Origin: Trichosphaerium sp. ATCC 40318
Lineage: Eukaryota > Protista > Tubulinea
Length of the DNA: 64,000 nt
Reading direction: 5' to 3'
Assembly: GCA_038496445.1 (NCBI GenBank)
Contig: JALMLS010000578.1
Span: 124,001 to 188,000, forward strand
Shown here piece by piece: positions 38,145 through 49,127 of the stretch. A program made the translations under genes and the position numbers. The notes beneath the pieces are model-generated. The model saw nothing but the letters and a program-made list of their open reading frames with translations, searched no databases and had not been told where the DNA came from. How positions within the stretch are numbered: position 1 is the first letter of the stretch; every line of letters begins with the position of its first letter.

Positions 38145-40106
38145 ATGACGTCAAAGAACAAGCAACGGGTAATTTTGGTGTGTTTACGCGTGTAACGATG
38201 GTTTTAGACAAGCAAGGCGACAAAAAGAAAAGAGCCACCTGGAGCTACCGGAATTATGAATAGTCTTGATACATTGAGCTTTGCGCGCGGACCTATAAAG
38301 TTTCTAGCTGACAAAAATGTAAAACACGGCCCGATCTTTAAAACGAAGCTTCTAGGCTACACTGTACGTAAAAAAACCTTTCATTCAAGTTGTTGCGTGC
38401 TATCACGTACTGTATTTTTTGTACAGACTCTATTTTCGTTTTTTCTGCCTTTCCTTGTGTTTTATTGATTTTTCAGCTTGTTGGAATCTGTTCGATGGAT
38501 ACGGCAAAGCAGTACTGGGATCTAGATCCATCTGATGGTGTGGTTAATTCAGGGAGTATGTTGAGTATGTTTCAAGGGTTATACGATGTTGGATTGCTTC
38601 TTGATGATAGAGATCACGTGTTCGATCTCAGAAAAGTTTTGGTAAGACCAAAAAATACTTGACTGTGAAACAAAGGGCTTTACCTTGTTCTGACGATGGC
38701 CGAATCTTATATTGTTTATGTAGGCTGCACCTATTACTGGTGAGAAATTGGCAAGATTCTACCCTATTTGGACGCAATCATACAGAGAAGTTAGAAAAAA
38801 CTTGGACACAAAGAGTTCCATCAAGTTCTATCAATTTGTAAAGGTACTAGGCATTCTTTTTTTGGATTATGTATCAAAATGTGTTGACGTACATCAAGGA
38901 GTGGCACCACAAAGTCAATCTACGCATGTTCCTGAACTGTCCGGATGAGCAATTGGATTTTCTCCGAGAGCAAACAACACAGCATTTTAGGAATACCCTT
39001 GCCGTGCCTCTTAAAGTACTTGGGTAGGTGCAGTTTCCATATCTTAAATATCTTAAAAGCGTGTAGTATGGGGTACAGTAAAGGTGTAGATGCAAAAGAG
39101 AATGTAATGTCGTACATAAAGGCAAGAGTTGCTGAGATAAAACGAGATGAAAAAAAGGGAAAAAAGGAAAAAGAAGGAGTTTGGCCCAATTATATGAAAG
39201 AAGTACTTGAAGGCTGGCATACGTTAAAAACTGATAGAGACGAAGATGTTGATGATACACCCATTATAACAAACTTTTTGTGGCTGAGTTCTACGCTCAT
39301 TACAAAGCTTGTTGCTGCTTGTACGTTTAGGATATTTTGATGAATGTTTTTTATGTTTTCTTACTTGTTCAGGCATTACAAATACTGTTGTGGCTTTGAA
39401 CGAACATCAAGAGCATTTAAAAGAAGCTATAGAAGAGCAATCACGAATTCAAGATACCCATGGGGAGATAAAGTTTGAGCATTTGGAGTTGATGAAAACA
39501 CTTGATTCTGTAATTATTTTTCAAAGTTAGTTTTGGGTTTTGTGCTTACACCTATTTTTTCAGATTGTGAATGAAAGTATGAGATTGTCTCCTCCTTTGA
39601 TAGGTACATTAAAAGGTACTGATAAACCTACAAATTTCGGAAAATACAAAATAAACAAGGCTTGGCAGGTACTTCCCTTTTTCTATTTTCATTGACGAAT
39701 ATTCTGACTATTTGTAGTTGATGCCGTTACCTTGGTTTATAAACAGAGATTCAAAGGTGTACAAAGATCCAGAAAACTTCAAACCTGAGCGCTGGCGACA
39801 AAAGACCAAGTGCCCTTTCCATGCAACTTTTGGAGGAGGTACCCCTTTGTTTTTGCTGGAGCGAATTAACTGACTTTTGGTTAAATAGGTAGGCGTGAGT
39901 GTCTAGGTAAGGAGGTTGTACTTAAACAAGTCAAATTCTTTTTGGCTCAGTTCTTGAGAGACTTCTCGTATGAATTATGTAGCGATCAAGACTTGACTTT
40001 AAAAATGATGCCAATACTGAGGCCAAGAGACTTTTGTGTAATGTCTGTAACGCCCAAAGAAAAAAAAGTCAAAAACAAAAAATATAATAACAAAAAAGCT
40101 GAGTAA
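38145..40106 (+). CDS. Cytochrome P450, multi-exon, no N-terminal membrane anchor evident
   Basis: KHGPIFKTKLLG, ExxR (NESMRLSPP), FKPERW, heme motif FGG|GRRECLG. Confidence 0.92.
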
Positions 40107-40395
40107 GACGCTCGCTAGTAAGTGTATCATTAAAAAGAATAAAATAAAAATTAGGTTTTGCTAACAACGTTAAAAGTTACAAAGAAAAACTAATTTTGTT
40201 GAAATGAAGTGTCAAAATGTGTCAAAAAAAAAAAATGAAATGATGCGCATTCGGCATTGTTTTTCATTGTGACGTCGCAAAAAAGACATTGCAAGAATAT
40301 TTGCAAGGTACAAAAGATGCAGTAGGTTTCAGTGAAATAGACTTGCTGACTTTTTCCTATCCACAGAATTGGCCTTGGCATTGTTTTGAACAAGC

Positions 40396-42827
40396 ATGTC
40401 CGCCAAAATTGCTTTGCTAGTGATGTTATGTGCCTTTGCATCTGCAGTAGAGCAATTTGAGGACGAAATAGACAAAAGTATGCACCCGTACAATATAAAC
40501 GTTGTAGAGGTATGCGTAATGTAAAAATTCACGGTTTGGCATAATTTTACAGTGAGAAACCATTTAAAACGTGTTTTAGATCAAAAGGGCCTTCGAAAGC
40601 GCTGTAAACATCACTGTATCGCCTACAACACTGAATAAATCCGGAGAATTTGTTACCGTCGTATTCTCAGGTGTAGAATCGCCTACAACAGTGCGTGAAA
40701 GCGCTTTGATTATTTTATAGCGTTTTTACTAACCTCTACAACCAAGAATGACTGGATTGGCGTTTATTCACCTGGTAACGTGAATGTAGACGAAACTTCA
40801 CCAATTAAATACCAAAACGCATCAATTGTAAGGCTGACACTAAAACATTTGGCAGTTTTCTGGCTGTCACAAATTTTACGCCTAACGCTCTACCTTTGTA
40901 GTCTCCAACGTACTTGACAACTGGAAGTGGAGAAATAAAGTTCAAGCTATTGAACATGCGCCAAGACGTTGCTTTTGCATTTATGAGGAGTACGTCTTTT
41001 TGCGACAATGCACCAACACAACCGCGATTTCTTATTTTTGTCTGTTTAGATGGTACAGAGCATCCTGTACATGTTGCTACTTCAAATGTTGTTACATTTA
41101 CAAATTACAACGAACCTCTACAAGGTCGTCTATCGTGGACAAATGTCTCTACAGAGATGCGTATCACGTGGATTACAAGAGACGCTAAAAACTCACATGT
41201 CAAATATGGTAAAAATGCTACGAATTTAACAACAGAAGCGATAGCTGTGGACTCTACTTATGTTAGAGAAAGCATGTGTGGTGCTCCAGGTAATACCATT
41301 GGATGGAGAGATCCTGGTACTATACATACAGCGATTATGACAGGACTGGAACCAAGTACTACATTATATCCAAACCACTTTTACCTTACTAACTACAAAA
41401 AGATACACAATATTTTTATGAGTTTGGTAGTCCATCTGGAGGATACCAAAAGCACTCATTTGTATCAACACCTCCAATTGGAAGTGATGTAAGTGTTATC
41501 ACTTTCGGAGATATGGGTCAAGCGCCAAGTGATGGTATGCAACAACCCCCACAGAATTTCACGTGTTTTTTCCCTTTTTTGGTGCTGGCTTTAACCTAAT
41601 CAATCCGATTAGGATCGTCAAATATTTATATGGAATCTCCCGCGTTGAATACAACAAATCGTATTATCGATGCTCTAGCTAAACCTAACGCACCAAGTGC
41701 TGTAAGAACCTCTTTTTTTTTGAACAAGAATTTTACAATAAATTATTCGTTTACTAATTTCTTTCTTTGAACAGGTCCTTCACATTGGGGATTTATCTTA
41801 TGCTGATGGTTACTCTGCAGAATGGGATGTATTTAATATGCAGATAGAACCTATTGCAACGCAAGTACCATACCAAGTATGCATGGGTAATCACGAAGTT
41901 GAGTTTCCTAATACTACATCCCTGTATAACAGTGCGTCCTTTCTAAGTTGCTATTGTTGCTTACGTTATACAACTTAGCTACTGAATCTGGTGGAGAGTG
42001 TGGTGTACCTTATAGAGCTCGTTATGCTTCAACGAACGGAGGTGATACTTGGTACTCGTACAATTACGGTTCGTATTCATTTGTTAAATAACTTTCTCGC
42101 CTTTCTTTCACGTGACATGCTGATTGCTTGGTTCCCAGGAAATATCCATTTTACCTTTATGGATACCGAATTTAACTATGTAAATGGCTCTAAACAGTGG
42201 TTGTGGCTGAAGAACGACTTGGAGTCGGTAAACAGAACAAATACAAAATGGATAATATTTTGTGGTCATAGGCACGTTTTTGCGACAGCAAGACACTAAA
42301 CTAGCCAACATTCTTACATTAACTTATCATTATAGACCAATGTATGTTGATTCTCCAGATTATGACTTCCCTGGTACTACAACTCAGGATATGAAGGTGT
42401 TGATAGTACGTTCTTGGTGTATTCAAGAGTTGTATGTAACTTTTGTTTTACCAGAAAAACATCGAACCTCTTCTGTACCAAAACAAAGTCGAACTCGCAT
42501 TGTGGGGACATCATCACAGCTATCAGAGAAGTTGCATCGGACTCAAAAATAGAACATGTGATTCATCATATCCTACAACTCATGTAGTGTTGGGTAAGCG
42601 TTCAATAGGCTTAAATTGCGATCGAATAACATGTTATGAGTTTAGGGACTGGTGGACAAGAATTTTCAGACTTTAAAGATATCCAACCTGATTGGATGCC
42701 TGTTCTTAAGTTGAAACATGGATACATGAGAATAGATTCTAATAGTACAACTTTAGAATTGACCTTTAAGGCGAATGATGGATCTGAAGTGGATAGCTTT
42801 GTCATCGAGAAGAGTATGGGTACGTAA
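40396..42827 (+). CDS. Secreted purple acid phosphatase (long form with N-terminal FN3-like domains), multi-exon
   Basis: Signal peptide. [31 protein letters not shown]|RPMY and WGHHHSYQR metallophosphoesterase motifs. Confidence 0.93.
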
Positions 42828-42954
42828 TTTTTAATTTTTTCTGTAAATACATTTTTGCCTTTTTTGCACTTGACTTGCTCGTGTCAATTATTCAGTCACG
42901 CGCATGTTTCAATTCTTAATTACATACTTAGACGCACCAAAAACACCTAGAGAA

Positions 42955-43197
42955 ATGTTAGAAGGATGGGAGATTGTAGTAATTGCGCTTGCATCAATTC
43001 TTTTAGGTAATATTTTTGGGAACCCCAAATAACTTTATTTTAATTTGCCCGACTCTTCTGCTGTCTGTTGCACTGTCTAATGCTCCTATTTAGTCATATT
43101 ACTAGTTCTTCTAGCTATTGTATTTTGGAAATACCGTACTGCAGACAGAGAAGGCTACGCAGAGATCCATAGCGTAAATAGAGGCGAGGGCATGTAA
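42955..43197 (+). CDS. 51-aa single-pass membrane microprotein (2 exons)
   Basis: Exons 42955-43006 and 43094-43197 splice in frame: MLEGWEIVVIALASILLVILLVLLAIVFWKYRTADREGYAEIHSVNRGEGM. Canonical GT..CTAAT..AG intron. Confidence 0.7.
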
Positions 43198-43959
43198 ACA
43201 ATCATTTTCAATGAAAAAGAATTTAAAAAAAAAAGCTGTTGCCGTCATTTTTGGGTTTGGAAACACTTTTTTCTAGGTTGCTTTAACTGTTGCAGAGTAA
43301 GAATTCTGAACTTAAAAAGTAGGCGGACAGCTCTTGAGCCCAAATACCTCCCGGGTTTTTTTGTTGTATTTTGAACCTAGGAACTTCTCTTTACAGTCAG
43401 CACATCCATGCTTTGTTCACGTGATTTTTCGTGGTTTACCCGTGTCACTTCTCTTTTAATCACGCCAAGCCAAAACAGGGTGTACATTTGTCTTCTTGGA
43501 GGAACTTCTGTAGATATTTGAAGATTGTGACTGCCCCCGAATCAAACCCAAAGCGCACTAGCATCACTATTACTATTAAAAAGACACTACACAATTCTGG
43601 AAACAGTACAACACCCCAGATCTTTTGTGGTGCCGCTTGCAGTTATGTGTACACCACTAACTAAACGCTATACGCTTTTATGTTAATACTAAGTACTTAT
43701 GATGGGTCTTAACAATAGTGTTCTTGTCTACATCACAAACTTTTATTCCAGAATTTTATCTCGATGAACCTTGCAGACAAATAAACGAAAAGGGTACTAT
43801 AAAAATGTAACCACTATTACCAAAAAGGATGAGTAAATCTGAAAGGAGCTGAGATTTGAGATTACCGTTAGAAAGTGATTATCACTGAATAGAAATTGAT
43901 GACTTATTTTCAAACACTTTCACACGTGATCGCAGAATACCACACACCACTTCCCAACC

Positions 43960-44322
43960 ATGGCAACGTATCCACTAGACCAATATTTATCACACTGGAG
44001 ATGTAAGAGAATGCGTCCTATGCCTATCAGAAAGAATCACCGCTATGAACGATCATTCCAAGTTAACATTTATCGAGAAGACTCTTTACGCTTCACACCA
44101 CGTGTTATCAAACGGAACGCCTTAAAAACAGAATTCTCTCGAAAACCTACACCTTTTCAAGCCTTTTTCAAGTTCAAGCTCCCTCAAGGATACCAACACG
44201 TGAAGAAAGCAAAGATGCCACGTTTTGAAGCGATGAACACAAGGAACCTCAAACAACAAGTTACGTCAACGTATCAAATCAGGCCCTGTCAAAAATTATC
44301 GATAGCATACATCGTAGCATGA
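43960..44322 (+). CDS. Hypothetical basic 120-aa intronless ORF
   Basis: ATG in ACCATGG context, K/R-rich open frame. No family recognised. Confidence 0.4.
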   Translation: MATYPLDQYLSHWRCKRMRPMPIRKNHRYERSFQVNIYREDSLRFTPRVIKRNALKTEFSRKPTPFQAFFKFKLPQGYQHVKKAKMPRFEAMNTRNLKQQVTSTYQIRPCQKLSIAYIVA

Positions 44323-45069
44323 GATATCTAAGAGATTTGCGTCGTAGTGGTGATACATTTTTTTAGTACACCATAGCGCCATAGTGAAGAATTTTCAGTT
44401 TTTATTGAAATACAGAAAACAGAATTGTAAATAAAACCAAATAAACTTGTACATAAACTATTTGTCACGTGCTCTTTTTTTTAACATTTTGTAACGTTTA
44501 TGGGTAGGGATGAAGTTAAGGTCTTACACAGTCTTTTGTTTAGTTCCGGTAGTATATAAGGTAGAGGTGTTTATACGTGGGTTAGAGCGTTCAGGAGTAA
44601 GAAGGAGAGTTGTGGAATGGGTCTTTGTTTTAAGTCATTCGCCTGCAAGTTCACGAAACTACACGTTTGCTTTTTCCTAAAGGATTGTTTTAAGGAGGTT
44701 CCGAATTTTTCGATGTATAAATGAGTCTTGTTAGTGAAATATTGACAGTGCGTTATTTCTGAACACAAAAACCCAAAAAATTATTTTGGATAACCTATGT
44801 CGTCATTCAAAATTTTAAATAAAAACAACCTTGTACTGCAAACGCTTCAATGACCTGCAAAGTGTTTCTTGTCTGTGTAGTATTGTTTTTATTTGAAGAA
44901 GAGGTTTATATCTTTCTTGAACTTTCGTGGTCTTCTCTATACTAGGGTTTGTACCACCTACAAAAGGTCTCTTGAGCAGAACAAAGCACTTGTTTTTCTT
45001 TTAAATTTTATTTTGTTTTTATCTTGTTACTGATTTTAGTTATTGTACAATTCTCCTCGTTGATCCTCA

Positions 45070-46164
45070 TCACTCCTCATCGCTTTCCTCATCGCTCTCT
45101 GTATCACTGTCGTGATACTCAACTAAAATATCACAAACATCCTTGTAACCTCGCTTGTCTTCAAAGAGACCAAAGTTAGCAAACAATTACAATTCATCTT
45201 TCCTTTTCCTCCATTCTGACGTACTTGCCAAGTCCCAAGGCGTAGGATAACTACCAGTTTTAACTTGAGCTCCATATTCGATCAGATTTTCTACTATAGC
45301 ATCCCTACCCCTGAGAGCTTTACAGGTATTTGTCAGATAAATGTTGTCTTTTTTAATCAAAAAAAGCGTACCAGCACAATGCAACGGCGTCATCGCCTTT
45401 GTAGATATATTAACAGATGCTCCTGCTGATAATAGAGCGCTACAGACTCGTTTGTACCCCATGAATGCTAAAGGGTATCAACGAAGAATGCTAAGAAACG
45501 AAGAACAAAACGCAAAGTAGGTATTCAACATCGACTTTGTCTAAAACCAAAAAAATGTCTCGACTTGGGCCGTAAATCACAAAATCCATTCAAGAACGAA
45601 CTTACACACCTCCCCAATGAAGCGGTGTCATGCCTCTTATATTTGGTACATCGAGATCACACCCAGCATCAACAAGAACATCTACAGATTCCAACGCACA
45701 AGAAAAAACTATCATCGAATTAAAAATAGAACCAACAGGTATGTATCACGTGACAAGCAAGAAGTAGATTAGTCATTTACCTGCACAATGTAAAGGAAGC
45801 TCTCCGTCTATATCTTTGGCATTAATATCGGCTTTCGCCGAAACTAGTAGCCGAACAACGTCGGCTTTGCCCTTTAGCGCTTTTTGTATCCAGTTAGTAA
45901 TATTTTATGGATTTCATGAATGTTTTACTACCTGCCCAGTGTAGAGGCGTTCGTTTAAGGCTATCAACGCTGTTTATACGTGCTCCATGCCTTAATGAGC
46001 GTTTTATACCAATTTTATTGCCATTACGAGCTTTAAACGTAATTAGGAGTTCTTACGCCTATATCTTATTCTTACCAGCTTTGTGTAAAGTTATGTTCCA
46101 ATCACTATCAAAAAAGTTAATAAAGCCATTTTAAGAACCCAAAGTGCCTTTGTACTGTATCCAT
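45070..46164 (-). CDS. Ankyrin repeat protein with acidic tail, multi-exon
   Basis: TLHKA|ARNG, RTPLHWA|ALKG, ELPLHCA, MTPLHWG|AFMG, MTPLHCA repeats; DSDTESDEESDEE stop. Confidence 0.9.
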
Positions 46165-46442
46165 ACGATTACGACGTGACAGAGCGGCCGTACAAATGCT
46201 CTGTGGATTTAAATAACTTTTGTTTTTAAGGTAACCTGACTTAGTATTGACATGCGACATGATCGCAAAAAATGAATGTAGAAGTGTCAGTGTATTATGT
46301 CATTACCATTGAGGAGGCTTTTCAAGCAATAAAAGCCTCTTGTACCTTTCGTAGGGCCGTCTTGCTAAGGCTTGTGGAGCTAGTAGAGAAAGGGACTACT
46401 AAGCCAGCTTGAGTTTGTATGAAATTTATTGGATAACAAGTT

Positions 46443-48756
46443 TTAAATGCAGTTAGACTCTGTTAGAATATTTCCTTTACATTCTTGGTACTTGCTAACT
46501 GATTTGTGTAGTTCGGCTAGAACACTAGGACTTGTTACAGACACCAAGTTCTTCATCTAGAAAACGTTGTTAAGATATGAACCTAAAGTTACAAAACATG
46601 TGATTGGCGCACCTGATATGGATCAACAGCTATGTCGTATAGCTCTCTGAACTCGATAGAAGACTCTGTCCATGTCCATGTATGATCGAATTCAATGTAT
46701 ACAAGATTTGATGTTTCGTTAAGAACACGCAACGCACGCCAAGAGTTTGAAGATACATCATCGACAAACCAACAGTTTCCTATTTTTCAAAAAATGTCAA
46801 GTTCTAAACAAACTCAAAGGTACTCACCATCACCAACACCTTTACCAAGTACACATTCAGTAGCATTAACTGGTGATCTTGGACCTTTTCCCTCGTTCCC
46901 GTGGTAAGTTCCATCAGGCACCTAACTTTCTTAGCAAGAACACATGCATGTCAAGTTCGAATAGATAACGGAAACCTGTTTCTCAAACATACCCATATCC
47001 TTGAGTGATCGTTGTAGTATGTTCCTACTGATTTGTATTCAATCAAGAACTCCTTTCTCCATTCGGCTGCATACTTTTGTTTTTCGGAAGCATCCAAAGG
47101 TTTAAAATAAGGGTTATCAGCACTAACAAAGAATGGAGCGAGACTCTTTCCTAAAAATATCAAACGTCAAAAAAGCAAACCCAGCATCACGTGACATTAT
47201 CACTAGATAAAAACTATGTCATACCGTCCATAAATTTTGGTTTTGTGACTCCTGCAAGATCAAGTAAAGTTGGTGTGAAGTCGACATTACCACTCACATG
47301 CTTAACTTTGGTACCTGGCTTAATACCAGGACCACGTACAATATAAGGTATACGAATATCTGTTTCATAAGGTTCCTGTTTACTTGTACCAACACGCCAT
47401 TGACCTAATTTGTAGCCCTAGAAAAAGAACAACATTAACCAAAAAAGCGTTATGTGTATGAAAAAAAGTTTCGAGCTTTTTGTAAACGCACGTGATCACT
47501 GGAGTAGAATATGTATGTATCATCAAGTACATCCAATTTTTTCAATGTGTCAATCACAGCCGCTACTACTTCGTCTACGGTTACAAGTGCGCTCCATCTG
47601 TCCTTCATGTGTTGTGTTTCCCATGATGCGACGTTATCATCAAAAGGAGGATTTTGTCTGATGAGTTGATGCTTGTCAGGAGATTCAACATTCCAGTTCG
47701 GCGTTCTTGGAAATGTTAAGTTCTCGAAAGGATGGTTTTGAACCCAAGGCGCAGGTGTAGCAGGGTAATGTGGAGCGTGAGGACCAATATATGCAAAGAA
47801 AGGTTTGCCACCTGATGACTTTTGTTAGCGACTATAATCACCCGAAAAGCAACTTGTTGTGCGTACTGTTTGCTATTTCATTGATCCAAGCAATTGATCT
47901 GTTTCCTAGTTGAGTTGTTTGGTATGTTTCAGGCTTCATCTCTAACGTTTCAATGTGTTTAGAACCATTTGGGTATTTTATAAAGTATTTTTTTGAGTAA
48001 AAGTCGCTGAAGTCGCAAGGAGAGCTTATTGTAGTCATTCCAGCATCTTTTTCCTTTCCACAAAAGTACCTAGCTTGGTCGTTTGTAACTTTACCAAACA
48101 CTCCTTTCAATAAAAGGTAAGGGAGGGAGAAAAGAGCAAAAAAAAAAAAAGGAAGAAAAGTCATGCGAAAAAGACATGGAAAATTACAAGTTTGATTTCA
48201 CGTTGGAGTGCTAATACTTGCCTGTATTATAACCAGCGCTCTCTAGGAGGCCGAACATACTACCAGTGACATTGAAGACATTTTCTTCAGCATTTATGTG
48301 CATACAAGACCCTGACGGAGCGCCAATATTGTGGTAGTACCGGCCTACAAAAAGTGTAAAAAAAACAATTTCTCTTCGGTTTTAACGTTTTGTAGCTAAT
48401 CACGTGCCTGTTATAAATTCAGTTCTAGAAGGGCAGCAAATGGGTGTAGCGACAAAAAAGTTTTCAAAGTAAGCTCCTCCGTCTATTAAAAGCTTCGTTG
48501 TTTCTGGCATTGCCTAAAAAACAGTTATAACTCTAACACGTGATATGAAGAAAAAAGAAACTCTTTAGGGACGTTGTTTAAATTAAATTTTAGAGCTAAT
48601 AAAACGAACCTCGAGTGATCCAAACTCTGAATACGCATGTGGGTCTGTCCCTAGCTGAATATCTTGGTCGTCAGTTAGAATAAACACGAAGTTTGGCTTC
48701 TTAGCCGTTAACACTACGAAAACGACAAAGAGACAAACACAGAGCAGTGTCTTCAT
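46443..48756 (-). CDS. Secreted sulfatase, N-acetylglucosamine-6-sulfatase-like (formylglycine-dependent), multi-exon
   Basis: Signal peptide, KKPNFVFILTDDQD, CCPSRTEFIT|GRYYHN (CxPxR), IGPHAPH, YETDIRIPYIVRGPG. 3' end approximate. Confidence 0.93.
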
Positions 48757-49127
48757 AGTTCTAGTTGGTTTTTGTTTTAAAATAAGTATGGCGTAAGTGA
48801 CAAGCCTTGGCTTATTCCACGTGCGTAACTTTTTGTGAACCGTCTTAATATAAAAAATTCTTGACAACTGTAGCAGCCATAGGACAGTTCATACATGTAT
48901 TGTTATGAATAAACAATTTAAGCTTGCTAGGGATCTGCTAAAAGTGGTAATGAACTCACATTCTAGAAAATACAAGTAACACCTGAATGAGACATTCTCA
49001 GCCTGACATATGTGGCATAAGTGTATGTCAGGCTACTGGTATGATCTATCTTAACATTTGTTTGATTAAGATAGTCGAGATGTTTGTTTGGTTTACGGTG
49101 GTCAAACTTTTTTGTTGTGAGCGCAGC

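Noticed and set aside
41360-41402. Possible U12 (AT-AC) intron at ATATCC in the phosphatase gene
   Set aside because: A normal GT-AG intron restores the frame (EP|NTQYFYEFG), and the U12 consensus is not met.
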